A DNA stretch of 64,000 bases from Aplysia californica. Its lineage: Eukaryota. The number at the start of each line of letters is the position of its first letter. Positions within the stretch are counted from its first letter, which is position 1. Below, one piece after another: positions 1-14,221 of this stretch. The stretch covers positions 867,806 to 931,805 of the forward strand of contig NW_004797486.1 in assembly GCF_000002075.1 (NCBI RefSeq). Direction: 5' to 3'. The translations under genes and the position numbers were made by a program. The notes under the pieces were generated by a model that was given only the letters and a program-made list of their open reading frames with translations, had not been told where the DNA came from and did no database searches.

Positions 1-445
1 ATGGCCTAGAGATTAAGGTATTCGCCTCTCATTCAAAGGTCCCAGGTTCGAATCCGGGTAGCGACAAAGACATTTTCTTCTCTAAAATTGTCTCCTTTCA
101 CCTATTTTTCCGCTCACTAGTCATATTCTGTCGTCTACTTTCGTTTCCACTTTCTGCCCCCACCCATCACCTCTTCAATTGCCTCCTCCTCTGGGCTCTT
201 GACCCTTTCTGCAGCCTTTCTTCTGCTTCTCCTTGGCTCCTTCTTACTGTTGAAAGATCTACACCTAGCCTTCTCGGACAAGGGCAACAAATTTCGGAGG
301 TCCCCTGTGCAAGTTGCGCATGTTAAAGATCCCTTGGTGTTCCAAAATCGGACAAAATTCAAAATTTCCTACCAACTGAAAATGCTAGGTGTGTCCCGCG
401 CGCTCATATGATCTTATGCAGTTGCGAGCGCCGTAAAACACTTTC
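1..445 (+). mobile_element. tRNA-headed SINE with Deu/Nin-like central domain (family 1), starting at the window edge
   Basis: B-box ggttcgaatcc; central cggaggtccc…ttaaagatccc motif; tail gcgctcatatga…gcgagcgccgtaaaac; at least 7 copies in the window. Confidence 0.8.
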
Positions 446-930
446 CACCCCCCAACAAAAAAACCAACAAAACAAATAAACAAACAAACAACAACCCAAC
501 CCTACTTGACCTACCACGCACATATACAGGGGTCTCCTCTTTCAGTGGGGTCACATTTGGGTCGCCGTGACGTCATGTACAATGTATTATGCTGTAACTT
601 ATTCTCTGAGTGGCGGTGGACCTTTCCTTTTTTCCTCACAATTTCTTTTGCAAACTGTCTACTCCTTGGTACCAGAGCTCGAGATTCTCTTGTGCTGATA
701 AGAGATGTTAAAAAAATATACAGTATGCGTTCTGTACAGACGTCTTGAGTGAAAACGAAGACGAACCGCTTGGTGAAGTCATGATGGTAACAAGTTGTAG
801 TGTGCAGTGAACACAACATCAAGTCAAAGACGAAGATGGCAGTCTTACTACAAGGCAGATGTCATCATCGTCACTTGCAACGGCGAAACTTCGATGCAGT
901 GCAGAAATTATAGGTGCAGACCTTTGACTA

Positions 931-1557
931 TAGTGCGATCAAAAATTCGTGGTGCAGCTTATTGACTTATTGTCAAATATTTTTCTAAACTAAAGAACAT
1001 AAACTCTCCAGCTTTTGCACAAGGACATGTATCAATTTGTTTTGACAGATCAATATTTTTGTAAAAAAAACTGTTAGCTGTATACTAGAGGTATGCTAGG
1101 GTGGTTTCTACAGATATTAAAATGTTTAAAGCTGGGACAATAATATCATCACTTTTAAGTCCGTCATAAAAAAAAAAAATCGCGACATTCTGCTTTTTGA
1201 ACGCGTGTTTTGAAAACCTTTTGTGCAAAAAAATGTGTTTACCATAAAATTTATATGATTATTTTGTAACAAGTTGTGTCATTGTTTAGCTGTGACGTAG
1301 GCCATATTATGCGTATGCAAAATGTGTGTGAGAAGCTGGAAGTGCTGTAAACAATTACATTTTCCAAATGACGGAGATTTGTTGTATTGTCTTAAATCTA
1401 GTCTCAATTGTTGTGGGAAAATAATAGATTCTAATACGATTAAGTTAAGACACATTGATACAAACTGCTGTTCAAAGTATGGGTAACACTGATTCATCCG
1501 TTAAAGACACAATATTATTTGAGGATAAGTTGCGCCCGTGGATTTTTGACTGCACTA
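931..1557. mobile_element. ~630-bp MITE with TAGTGC…CAAAAAT inverted termini; second, inverted copy at 56029-56657
   Basis: tagtgcgatcaaaaattcgtgg versus the reverse complement of cccgtggatttttgactgcacta; internal similarity to 56029-56657. Confidence 0.65.
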
Positions 1558-2856
1558 TTGTTCCACATCGGATGCCTTCCCAAAATCATGGGAATATCCT
1601 AGGAATGTAGGGTTTCCAAAACAGAAGTGCTCTGACAAGCAAAGGCCCAACAAAATCTGTTTCTGGTAACTGTCCAGCTGGAGAAACATCGGACACGCAT
1701 TCACACGTCATTACTCACATTATAAGAACTAGATTTACCTAAAAACATGAATAATCTGACTGCGTGTGGTATTCCTCTTCAAGGATGGGAGAGTCTTACT
1801 ACTGACTGTAGAACTTGGAAACTGGCTTCCCACCTGGGTATAGGTAAAAAAAGTAAGGGGAAAGCAGTCTCCGTGAGCTGAAACAAGAACGGAAGCGATA
1901 CAAAGTGGCTGCTTTTGCATACCATCAAAGTTTTTGTGCTTACACTTTTAATTTTGAACTGCAATGTCATATTTAGAGTCACAGACAACATCAAGGCACA
2001 AGGTGTGTTTGTTTTTCAACGTGGACAAATGCATTGAAGGTTATAACAATATATTATTNNNNNNNNNNNNNNNNNNNNNNNNNNNNNNNNNNNNNNNNNN
2101 NNNNNNNNNNNNNNNNNNNNNNNNNNNNNNNNNNNNNNNNNNNNNNNNNNNNNNNNNNNNNNNNNNNNNNNNNNNNNNNNNNNNNNNNNNNNNNNNNNNN
2201 NNNNTTGCATCTGTTTCTGATGCCGTGAATGCCTTTTCCACGAAAGCAAACACCGAAATAGATACAGCATCTTATTAGAGGCCACACTCAAATGCAAGTA
2301 GATAGTATGCACGACGTCATTGAGAGGCGGCTTAAAAAAAAACCACACACAAAAATACAGTCACTAGATTATGTTGCCATTTTCATAACTGTAATTTTTA
2401 ATATTATATCGACGAAGACCCTCTTAAAAGTGAAATTTGTGGAATACATTTTCCTCCATGATTTTTCCAAAATTGAAGTCCACAAAAGGGTCAGGTTGGG
2501 TAGACAAAAAGAAGACCAAACTGCTAATGCAATATGAAGCTTCTGATATACATAACTGGAAATTCTTTGCGAACTGAACTCTACCGAAGACTGTGAGAGT
2601 CTTCTTAAGTCCAGAGACAAGAAGGAAAACTTAACAAACACTTCCTCACCACTGTATTATTCTCTGTTAATAATCGCAAAGAGTAATTTTCAGGATCTGA
2701 GAGACAAAAAGAGTAAGACAATGAAAGATGATCTTTCAGTTTTTCACGGGGTATATAAGTTTGATACAAATCAAGTTCTCAACCCATCCCCCCCCCCCCC
2801 CCCCTTCTCCAGCCCAATAAAAAGGACATGCACTTACACACAATTGGAGAAAGAAG

Positions 2857-2858
<2 letters not shown>

Positions 2859-2924
<66 letters not shown>
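2859..2924. repeat. (GA)n microsatellite
   Basis: direct. Confidence 0.95.
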
Positions 2925-2927
<3 letters not shown>

Positions 2928-3924
2928 CAAATGAAGGAGTATGATTTCATAAAGTACATACGATGTACCATTCACGTAAGAATGACAGATGTTTTTAGAT
3001 CTAGAGGTAAACTAATAAATAGTTGTAATTTCATACTCAGTTTTAAATTGGTCTTGTAAAATCTTTTGTACAACAGTATTGCGTGCTTTCAAATATTTTT
3101 TAAAACATACCAGAACCTCTAATAAGAGAAAACACACTGCCGAATAACCGTGAATGCAACACCGCGTTTCATAAAACCTACTGATGAAACCGTGAATTCA
3201 CGACCGCATCAGGCGAGATTCGAATATGAAAATCGTGAATCCCACACTTTTTCGAACTAACAACCATCTACGGTAAAAAATGTACTACAGTATTTTTTCT
3301 AAAAGGTACTAGGTTAGATTCATCCATTTAGTTTATGTCTTGAGCACCAAATGACGTAGAAAATCCGTTTTTTTCTCTCTCCTGTAAAATTCGCTTCGTG
3401 TGGAATTCACGATTTCATCAGGCGACAGACGATATTAGAAATACACGTGCCTACCAACCCAGAACACCATTTACTGAACATTATCCACAGTCAACCAATG
3501 CTCTAAAGGGCTTTTACTTTTGGTCTGTACATTTAGGCAACCGACCTTGATACAGAATGGCTGCCTTTCACCTTTTCCCCAATTCTTTCAATACCAGAAA
3601 CATTTTACCTTACTTAGCTCACAATTGAAGACATTAATTCTTTAATTTCATAATTTTGGTGAAATGATAATGATTTTGCTTTTATATTGATTTCTTCTCT
3701 CTCTCTTAGTCTTATGTCAGAAAAAGAGTTTCAATTACTCATTTCCACGTTTTAGGAAAGTAAAACCCTGCATCCTTGGCTGGTCAGAGAAGTAAACTCA
3801 GGNNNNNNNNNNNNNNNNNNNNNNNNNNNNNNNNNNNNNNNNNNNNNNNNNNNNNNNNNNNNNNNNNNNNNNNNNNNNNNNNNNNNNNNNNNNNNNNNNN
3901 NNNNNNNNNCAAGAAAAGCTTCCC

Positions 3925-3928
<4 letters not shown>

Positions 3929-3967
<39 letters not shown>

Positions 3968-6312
3968 CGCGCACGCGCGTGCGTGCGCGCGTAGGCAGGC
4001 ACGTGCAAGTGCGCTCGCACAGACACACACATACATACACACATCGATTACGATACACGTGGGCTGTTCACCCTGCTAGCAATTTTGTTGAATCCGAGCT
4101 TGTTCATTTATGTGTTCGTTGAAAACGAAGTTAATTTTAAAAATCGATTGTAATGAATGAAAACCCCCCAGGGTATCCACCTCTTTTCGTTGAATCCGAG
4201 TTCCACTTGTACTTTACATAAGATGATTCATGATGCTGCCCTACACGCCGGGATGTAAAATGGAAGCAACATGAATCTCCACTGCCGCATTTATTGAATT
4301 CTTTTTGTTTTATTTTTACCAATATACATCAATATACAGGAAAATAGTTCCATGAGTACTTTTCTTACTTATTTTCTTACTTTTTAAAATAAAAATTCTG
4401 GTGCGTTTCGGATCGGGGGAGTGGCCGGAACAGTGGACGAGTTTTTAAAAATTTGGTCTACTTTTGCTTTGCTTCAATGATGTAAAAAACTATGAAGGAA
4501 ATGTTGATGAAACGTAATAAATGTACAGAAACTTTATACGTAGATCTACAGCACAACAAAGTTTGTTGACTTAAAAATCATAGGATGGCTTTCACGTGAG
4601 GTTGCTGTCTTCCTCAGAACTCGAAGTCATCCCCTTATATATTTTTTAAACACCTGAGGCAGTAGCATTCATTAGAGCTTGCCATTTGTATTTGAAATCA
4701 AGGTAATTGGCTTTCACTTTCACTGTACTGTTATATTGTTATTATTTCCCAGTCCTGTTCTAGAACCGTGCCGTAGCCGGATGAAAGTTGAGACGGTGGA
4801 GAGGTAATCGAAACCATACAACAATACACAAGATTCAACAATGACGTGCATGTCTTGTAATCAAAGACCGTGTCGACATTGACCATATTTTAATTACATC
4901 TGTCCTCAGAGTGTATGTCAAAGAGAAACAGATTTGCTTTTGCTATACTCTTTACTATTAAAAAACGGACAGTTTCATGAAGCTGTGATCAGGGGCCTGA
5001 ATTTAAATGTCCTGTGTGTTACGTGTAGGTATCTAAATAATGTAAAATAATAATTAAAACCACTCTAATGGCTAAGGGTAAATGAGTATGGCAATCTTCC
5101 AGTTTCGAAAGTCGTTATTCACATTTGCTTGATTCAATGGTAGGGTTAGCCCTATCTTAATCTAACACTTCTTGGTGAGGTTAGCCGTAACACAACGGTA
5201 GGTTGGGGCAGCTTCAACAGGTGTAGATCTAGTGCCGCATAAGTAACCGATAGCCTACTGCTCCCGCCTTTATAAAACAACACAGACCATCTTGGACTAG
5301 AGTAGTGTGAAGCAGCCATCTTAATTCTCTATTATTATTATATTCTTTACTCTGTATTCCGAATTTTCAACCAATCCTTATTTTCTGGAATACCCTTGCC
5401 TGTGGCAACTTCGACAGGGGTCTGTGCAAATTCATCGAGGGCAACTTCGACAGGGCCTGTGAAACGGACTTGTGGGCAACTTCGACTGGGGGCGGATCTT
5501 CAACAATATTGGGTTTATTTTCAACTTCTTTGCCCCCCCCCCCCCTTCTCTCTCAACTCTCTTCTCTGCTGAATTCTCTGTTTTCTCTCTCTCCCACTGT
5601 TCTTCTCTTTCCTTGCTGCCCCCGTCTCCCTCGTGACTCTCCGAGTGTGCGCACACACAAAGACAAGCACCAGGGCTTGAATTAGGTGTTCAGGAGGGCA
5701 GGCAAAAATTGCCTCGGTGGGGCCTAAAAATCAGAGGGCACCGAGGCAATTTGCTATAGGGCTCCAAGGCAAAAATTATAGGTGATCATTTTGTTGATTA
5801 AAGTTGGTAATACTGTATCGTGCATCACAACGTTTATATATAAATAACAATGCAATTTATTCGTGCTCTCTACAAAAGTATAGTTATAAATCACAGTAAA
5901 ATCACACCAAAATAAAAGCACTAAAAACCAGTTTAAAATCAAATTTATGATCACGATTGCATCTTACTTTTAAATACCTTTATGACTAGCTCTTATTGAT
6001 TGGATTAATATTTTTATGAATGAATATGACTGGTGATAATAGGGCACGATAGAAAACAGTAAATAATATGACCAATTAGGTAAGCCATTAATCATTTGAG
6101 ATTCAAACAGAGTGGTTTACAGGCAGTGTAGTGATAAAATAAAAACACATCATGGTAAATGAAAACAAATTTTGAACTTGTATGAAAAAGAAAAAATGAG
6201 GAGTGAAAACAACCTATGTACCTGTATGAAAAAAAAAAGAATTACTAAAAACTGCTGTCAAGCAGTTAAACAGTGTGAGGTTCTGACTGTTATATATTTA
6301 AGTGAAAACAAG
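3929..6312. repeat. haplotype A copy of a segment also present at ~7109-10120
   Basis: Near-identical sequence bounded by N gaps. Confidence 0.9.
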
Positions 6313-7105
6313 NNNNNNNNNNNNNNNNNNNNNNNNNNNNNNNNNNNNNNNNNNNNNNNNNNNNNNNNNNNNNNNNNNNNNNNNNNNNNNNNNNNNNNNN
6401 NNNNNNNNNNNNTATTTTAAAGCCCAGACTCTGATGACAGCCAAATGAGGCACTTCTCTCTCCTTTTTAAAATCCCCTCTATTCCAACTAGGAGGTCCGC
6501 AGCATAGCCAGCCCGTGGGCTCGGCCAAGTAAGGTAACTCCGGGAAGTGGGCAACGAATAGAACACCAAAAAGAACCTTGGATGGCTTAAGATATTCGAA
6601 AGGCATTAAAGATTAGAAATATGCTGACATTCGATGTACAGGAAGTTAAGAAACAGATTGAATGATAAGTGTAACTGACGAAATTGTGTAACATTATTCT
6701 TCTTTTGTAAATAACAGAGGGACAAATTGGCAACTAGAAGCCGTCTTTGCACTATGTGGGCAAAAGCTAGATTTGCCGGGGAGGCTGACGCCACCGTTGA
6801 GTTGATTGAGCGGGAGGTGTCCAGTGAAACCTCGCGTATATAATCCCACATCATGACGGGGGGCGATTTACATAAAATTTTCAAGTCTCTGTAGGGCGAC
6901 AACACACTAGTGAACCCCTATTGTTTCCCAGAGCGATTTCAAATCGGTCGAGTGCTTTTTGAATATTGATAACTTATTGATAAGTATTGTTTATTTAAGC
7001 TTACTTGAAACTAATTGGAAATTATTGTCCACAGATCAATCTCCTGTCCACTGTCCGACTAAAAGTGACAGTTGCCGCCGGTCTTGTCCAGTAAAAGAAC
7101 CGCTC

Positions 7106-7156
<51 letters not shown>

Positions 7157-8929
7157 CGCGCACGCGCGTGCGTGCGCGCGTAGGCAGGCACGTGCAAGTG
7201 CGCTCGCACAGACACACACATACATACACACATCGATTACGATACACGTGGGCTGTTCACCCTGCAAGCAAATTAGTTGAATCGAGCTTTTTCATTTATG
7301 AGTTCGTTGAATTAACTTTAAAAATTGATTGTAATGAATGAAAAAAACCCAGGGTATCCACCTCTTTTCGTTGAATCCGAGTTCCACTTGTACTTTACAT
7401 GAGATGATTCATGATGATGCCCTACACTAAAAATAAACGCCGGGATGTAAAATGGAAGCAACATGAATCTCCACTGCCGCATTTATTGATTTCTTTTTGT
7501 TTTATTTTTACCAATATACATCAATATACAGGAAAAAAGTTCCATGAGTACTTTTCTTACTTATTTTCTTACTTTTAAAAATAAAAATTCTGGTGCGTTT
7601 CGGATCGGGGGAGTGGCCGGAACAGTGGACGAGTTTTTAAAAATTTGGTCTACTTTTGCTTTGCTTCAATGATGTAAAAAACTATGAAGGAAACGTTGAT
7701 GAAACGTAATAAATGTACAGAAACTTTATACGTAGATCTACAGCACAACAAAGTTTGTTGACTTAAAAATCATAGGATGGCTTTCACGTGAGGTTGCTGT
7801 CTTCCTCAGAACTCGAAGACGTCCCCTTATATATTTTTTAAACACCTGAGGCAGTAGCATTCATTAGAGCTTGCCATTTGTATTTGAAATCAAGGTAATT
7901 GGCTTTCACTGTTATATATTGTTATTATTTCCCAGTCCTGTTCTAGAACCGTGCCGTAGCCGGATGAAAGTTGAGACGGCAGACGGTGGAGAGGTAATCG
8001 AAACCATACAATACACAAGATTCAACAATGACGTGCATGTCTTGTAATCAGAGACCGTGTCGACATTGACCATATTTATTTTATTTACATCTGTCCTCAG
8101 AGTGTATGTCAAAGAGAAACAGATTTGCTTTTGCTATACTCTATAGTCTATTCTATACTATTAAAAAACAGACAGTTTCATGAAGCTGCGATCAGGGGCC
8201 TGAATTTAAATGTCCTGTGTGTTACGTGTAGGTATCTAAATATTGTAAAATAATAATTAAAACCACTCTAATGGCTAAGGGTTAACGAGTATGGCAATCT
8301 TCCAGTTTCGAAAGTCGTTATTCACATTTGCTTGATTCAGTGGTAGGGTTAGCTCTATCTAACACTTCTTGGTGAGGTTAGCCGTAACACAAGGGTAGGT
8401 TGGGGCAGCTTCAACAGGTGTAGTGCCGCATAAGTAACGGATAGCCTACTGCTCGCGCCTTTATAAAATAACACAGACCATCTTGNNNNNNNNNNNNNNN
8501 NNNNNNNNNNNNNNNNNNNNNNNNNNNNNNNNNNNNNNNNNNNNNNNNNNNNNNNNNNNNNNNNNNNNNNNNNNNNNNNNNNNNNGATAGCCTACTGCTC
8601 GCGCCTTTATAAAATAACACAGACCATCTTGGACTAGAGTAATGTGAAGCAGCCATCTTAATTCTCTATGAAAGTGGCTATTCTCACCCGCCCGGAAGTT
8701 CTCGCAAGATCAACTCCTCCCCTCTTCTCTCTCTCTCTCTGTCTCTTTCTGAATACTGTCTATCGGTGTGGACGATCAAATTGACCAAAACAAAGTTTAA
8801 ATAATGATGTTAAAACACAAAAGTAAATTAATTTGATTGTCTACAAAGATGCAACGGCTATTTAACTTTTCGAATCGAGCCGAACTACGCGGGTCGCCAT
8901 TTTGTTTTGCCCGGAAATTCTCGCGCTAC

Positions 8930-8964
<35 letters not shown>

Positions 8965-11900
8965 CACTGCCCACAGACAAAATTGTACGCTTTTAGTAGG
9001 CTACAGTTGTAATGGAACGTTTGTTCACGGCACAGAATTCTACAATTTTTCTGTTATCACAGTGTAGAATTCTGTGGTTTAGGGTGAACGCAAAATTTGG
9101 TGAACGCGCACCGGGTGAGAATAGCCACAAGACTCGCCTGCACTATTCTCACTCCGGCCATTCTCTATTATATTCTTTACTCTGTATTCCGAATTTTCAA
9201 CCAATCCTTATTTTCTGGAATACCCTTGCCTGGGGCAACTTCGACAGGGGTCTGTGCAAATTCATCGAGGGCAACTTCGACAGGGCCTGTGAAACGGACT
9301 TGTGGGCAACTTCGACTGGGGGCGGATCTTCAACAATATTGGGTTTATTTTCAACTTCTTGTGCCCCCCCCCCCCCCTCTTCTCTCTCAACTCTCTTCTC
9401 TGCTGAATTCTCTGTTTTCTCTCTCTCCCCCTGTTCTTCTCTTTCCTTGCTGCTCCTGTCTCCCTCGTGACTCTCCGAGTGTGCGCACACACGAAGACAA
9501 GCACCAGGGCTTGAATTAGGTGTTCAGGAGGGCAGGCAAAAATTGCCTCGGTGGGGCCTAAAAATCAGAGGGCACCGAGGCAATTTGCTATAGATAGAGG
9601 GCACCAAGGCAAAAATAATAGGTGATCATTTTGTTGATTAAAGTTGGTAATACTGTATCGTGCATCACAACGTTTATATATAAATAACAATGCAATTTAT
9701 TCTTGCTCTCTACAAAAGTATAGTTATAAATCACAGTAAAATCACACCAAAATAAAAGCACTAAAAACCAGTTTTAAATCAAATTTATGATCACGATTGC
9801 ATCTAACTTTTAAATACCTTTATGACTAGCTCTTATTGATTGGATTAATATTTTTATGAATGAATATGACTGGTGATAATAGGGCACGATAGAAAACAGT
9901 AAATAATATGACCAATTAGGTAAGCCATTAATCATTTGAGATTCAAACAGAGTGGTTTACAGGCAGTGTAGTGATAAAATAAAAACACATCATGGTAAAT
10001 GAAAACAAATTTTGAACTTGTATGAAAAAGAAAAAATGAGGAGTGAAAACAACCTATGAACCTGTATGAAAAACCAAGAATTACTAAAAACTGCTGTCAA
10101 GCAGTTAAACAGTGTGTGGTCGCAAGAATGTAGACATTGGTACCAACGCAATTGAGTACATTTTTTCCCTATGTCGTAAACAGAAGAGTGAACAATCATG
10201 TCGTATACTATCCTTGATTTTGTGAGTGGTCCATGGCCTGATTTATAACTGATAACAGTAGTGATGTCATGATATAGTGATAACATAATACTGTTTACTT
10301 TTGTAGAGACTACGATCTGTTCCATTAGCACTTAGAATATTACTTAAGATAGACATTTTTAGGGAGACCTATGTTATCCATCTAGCGGGCTCATTATTTG
10401 GGTTGGGGTATGAAGCAGTTGCAGCGCTTGAATGAGGTAAAACTTGCCCTCATACCCCCCAAAATGAGCTTGTTATTTTCTTATATGATAATAAGACTTT
10501 GGTAATTCATACTTTTTTACTTGGCCTATTGATAGCCATCCCTTCTAGTCATAGTTATTTAACAGATCTCTCACTGCTAACCCAACCAAATCTGGAACTG
10601 GAACTGGTTTTCTAATCTTTTTTAAAGCCCTCTTATGTGTGACAAATATGGGTCAACTTTTAGCTTGATGCTGTACCCCAGCTAACAAGCTTATGTATGT
10701 TAGGGATGGGCAGGTACCGGTACCCAGTACCGGAACTCCTGGTTCAACCAAAGGAGGTGTCAGTACCGGCACCAGGCCCCCAGTACCAGCTCTGGGAAGG
10801 AGCTGTCCCAACAGTTTTTTACCGGGCCATGGGAAGTGTGCAGTGTGTAGGCCTAAGCCTAGCAGCTGTTACGTTAGATGCACAAGGCTTCGGGTGACCT
10901 TGTTACATGACTTCAGATTCAACATTGAATATCAAAAACCAAGTTTGCCTAAATCTAAATATGGCTTCGAATCAGGTTCCACGATAGCCACTTCGCTTAT
11001 TTTGATATGCTGATTCGGAAAATGAAATCAATTTTTAGCAGCGATAATTATTTAAAAAGTTTTGCATGCAAGGTTTAATCCCGTGCAGCGGCAAACTTCA
11101 AGGGTATTTTGCATCACAGCTCGCCTCTCCAATTCTGACGTGTCNNNNNNNNNNNNNNNNNNNNNNNNNNNNNNNNNNNNNNNNNNNNNNNNNNNNNNNN
11201 NNNNNNNNNNNNNNNNNNNNNNNNNNNNNNNNNNNNNNNNNNNNAAAAGAAAAAATGAGGAGTGAAAACAACCTATGTACCTGTATGAAAAAAAAAAGAA
11301 TTACTAAAAACTGCTGTCAAGCAGTTAAACAGTGTGAGGTTCTGACTGTTATATATTTAAGTGAAAACAAGTTTTGAAAATACATGTTTTAAAGTAACAT
11401 GTATGTTATTTAAAAAAGACTTATGACTAGATCAGAAAATTGAAAATATGTCGGCACACACAATATAGAAAAAGACTGGCTTACTGTTTGTCCCTTATGG
11501 GACAAAACAAGTGATTTTGAAAAGTATCACCAGAGAAGATGATTTCAGAGAATAGTGCTGTTTTATCAGGACGTCTAGTTGAAGACACATCTCTTGCCAC
11601 ATCTCTCACATCTGGAGTCTTCTTTTTCATCCAGAGCTTGTGTCAGACACTGCTGAGGTCTGGTCATCATTGATGTGAGTGTGTTTGTACTAGCCATGAC
11701 AAAATGGATACAATTGTCAAGCTGAGCAGTGTCTGACTGAAGCTTTGATGAGATTTCAGACAAGTCTGACAAGATTCCCCCCCCCCCCCGACGAGTGTAT
11801 CTTAAAAAAACCCCAAAACAATACCCCCCTTCCGGACTCCCATACTTCGCGGTGTTCAGACTTTGAATGAACTTTGGTGACCCCAACTACCAGTGCTCAC

Positions 11901-12186
11901 ACGATGCCGTATCTTTGTGATTAAGTTGTGATACGCGCAGGTTCACTGACCTGCCTCGGTGGCGAACCCGACAAGACGCTTGTATAACTTTTCTTTTCTT
12001 TTTCTTCCACAAGTGACACCACAAGGTAAATATTGATTTATGTTCATGGTGGCATATTAAAAAAACAAACAAACAAGGGCACAGCAAAAATTGCCGCGGT
12101 TGACCCTTTGATTTTAAAGGCATTACGGCAATTTGCAAAGGCACCAAGGCAAATTGCCACGGTGCCGCGGTCTATTTCAAGCCCTG
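5671..12186. mobile_element. non-autonomous hAT-like element (~1.45 kb) split across the assembly (5671-6312 + 11245-12186), with 6-bp flanking duplication AAGCAC
   Basis: TIR CAGGGCTTGAA(T/A)TAG at 5671 and, inverted, ending at 12186; aagcac at 5665-5670 and 12187-12192; subterminal ggcaccNaggcaa repeats at both ends. Confidence 0.7.
8670..9159. mobile_element. ~490-bp insertion present only in haplotype B, MITE-like
   Basis: Absent at the equivalent site near 5330; 17-bp inverted repeat GTGGCTATTCTCACCCG (8674-8690 / 9112-9128); flanked by ATTCTCTAT on both sides. Confidence 0.65.
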
Positions 12187-14221
12187 AAGCACTCATATTT
12201 CAAATGCATATACACACACACACACGCACGCACGCACACACACACACACACACACACTTATAGCTTCGAACTTGTGACAGTTGAGTAGTCTAGTCTAAGT
12301 CTAAATTTTTGCTAGTTTGTATCTGAGCGGTCGAGGATTTCGACCCATGATGAAAATGAAAATACGAGCAAGATTAAACTGAAATGTGATTGTTTGATTG
12401 ATTCTGCTTATGAAGCTAGTATTTTTGCTTGGCTTGAAACAAATCTGAGTCATGTCGAAATTGGCCCACCCCCTCTCAAAATTGCCACGTTTCTCCCTGT
12501 CGAATTTGCACTAGCCACCAAAATCTCACCCCGTCATTAAAAATTTAAGATCATATAAATTTCAATATTTCTAATTCTAGATGGATTGAAATGAAACTAA
12601 GGATACCAAAGTTTCGTTCTACCTGATCAATATTTTCAAGCTAGGATAGAGGCGTGTATAGTAATTGATGGGCAAAAGGACGATTAATTTCTTCAAGAGC
12701 GAAAAGTACACAGAGCGTAACAGGCCTTTTGCCCTGCTTACTCCGGTTCAACGGAAGCATGAAGTTGTAAATATTCATTATTTTGATCAGTCTGCACTAT
12801 TTTTTTCCGCCTCATCTACCTTAGACCTGGAGCATAATTTTATGTAATAGTCTCGCAAACACTGTTTCTAAACAAAGATCTGCACTAGTGTATTGACGGA
12901 AGTTGGAAGAAGCCTGACTTGAAATTTGAATCACCTTCACTTTGCTTGTACTAACTTTCATTCTTGACCTGATTGCTTACATTCTGTTCAACATAATCGT
13001 GATATTGACTGAAACGAAAATTTGAATTATAACAACCTCTTATTAGAAAAAAAATAATGTGGTTTCGCTTTCTGGGAAATGAGATTGGGGGGGGGGGGGG
13101 GGGAGGGAACAGAAACAAATTTGACTTTGTAGCATTTTTGTCTTTGTTGACCAAATAACCCGAGGCTACATAACCTTACTTTTTAAATAGAGAGGTATAC
13201 TGAATAAGTGAACTATAATATTATTCCATACACACACACTGTGATTTAAAAATACTCACTTTATTCTTTGTTTCCTTATATAGCTTGTTCGATGTTGTAT
13301 TTTGTCAAAAGTTGCATACACACAAGAGCAGGTAGTTGGAGGGGGGTCACCCTGCTTCTTTCTTCTCCCTTTGTTGTTTTTGCAGTTTGTATGACTTGCT
13401 TTTTCATTGCACTAAATGACCACTGTTACATCAAAGTGATTTTCTTTGCTCAAACAAGCAAACAAAGAAGAGGCTGCTCACTAAAACAGAGTGTCCACCT
13501 TATTATTCTAGGAACAAGAATATAAATCATGTGTTTCCTCAGTAATGTTGAAAAGTTTTGTTTTGTTTCAGAAAAAGTTCTTTTGTTACAATCATTCCTT
13601 GTCAAGATGACTCGTTCTTTAAAAAAAGTATCCTTATATCGCAAGAATGTAGACATTGGTACCAACGCAATTGAGTACATTTTTTCCCTATGTCGTAAAC
13701 AGAAGAGTGAACAGTCATGTCGTATACTATCCTTGATTTTGTGAGTGGTCCATGGCTTGATTTATAACTGATAACAGTAGTGATGTCATGATATAGTGAT
13801 AACATAATACTGTTTACTTTTGTAGAGACTACGATCTGTTCCATTAGCACTTATAGAATATTACTTAAGATAGACATTTTTAGGGAGACCTATGTTATCC
13901 ATCTAGCGGGCTCATTATTTGGGTTGGGGTATGAAGCAGTTGCAACGCTTGAATGAGGTAAAACTTGCACTCATACCCCCCAAAATGAGCTTTTTATTTT
14001 CTTATATGATAATAAGACTTTGGTAATTCATACTTTTTTACTTGGCCTATTGATAGCCATCCCTTCTAGTCATAGTTATTTAACAGATCTCTCACTGCTA
14101 ACCCAACCAAATCTGGAACTGGAACTGGTTTTCTAATCTTTTTTAAAGCCCTCTTATGTGTGACAAATATGGGTCAACTTTTAGCTTGATGCTGTACCCC
14201 AGCTAACAAGCTTATGTATGT

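Larger units (their letters stand above)
740..3435 (+). mobile_element. degraded Sola1-like DNA transposon relic
   Basis: The frame around 2275-2345 reads RGHTQMQVDSMHDVIERRLKKK, a GHTQMExDSMH-type catalytic motif; many stops and frameshifts; boundaries approximate. Confidence 0.5.

Noticed and set aside
1-70. tRNA gene (similar heads at 15566, 24106, 59975 and 62188)
   Set aside because: Degenerate tRNA-like heads without an intact cloverleaf; most run into SINE or other repeat sequence.
4400-4810. Promoter and non-coding first exon(s) of the gene
   Set aside because: There are CpGs and GT donors (4703, 4804), but 12650-12950 is an equally plausible candidate; the sequence alone cannot decide.
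2721-7341. ORFs with ER/SL/HT/CV dipeptide runs or X runs
   Set aside because: Translations of microsatellites and N gaps.
3929-10120. True segmental tandem duplication
   Set aside because: Breakpoints coincide with placeholder N gaps and contig-end overlaps; two haplotypes explain it better.
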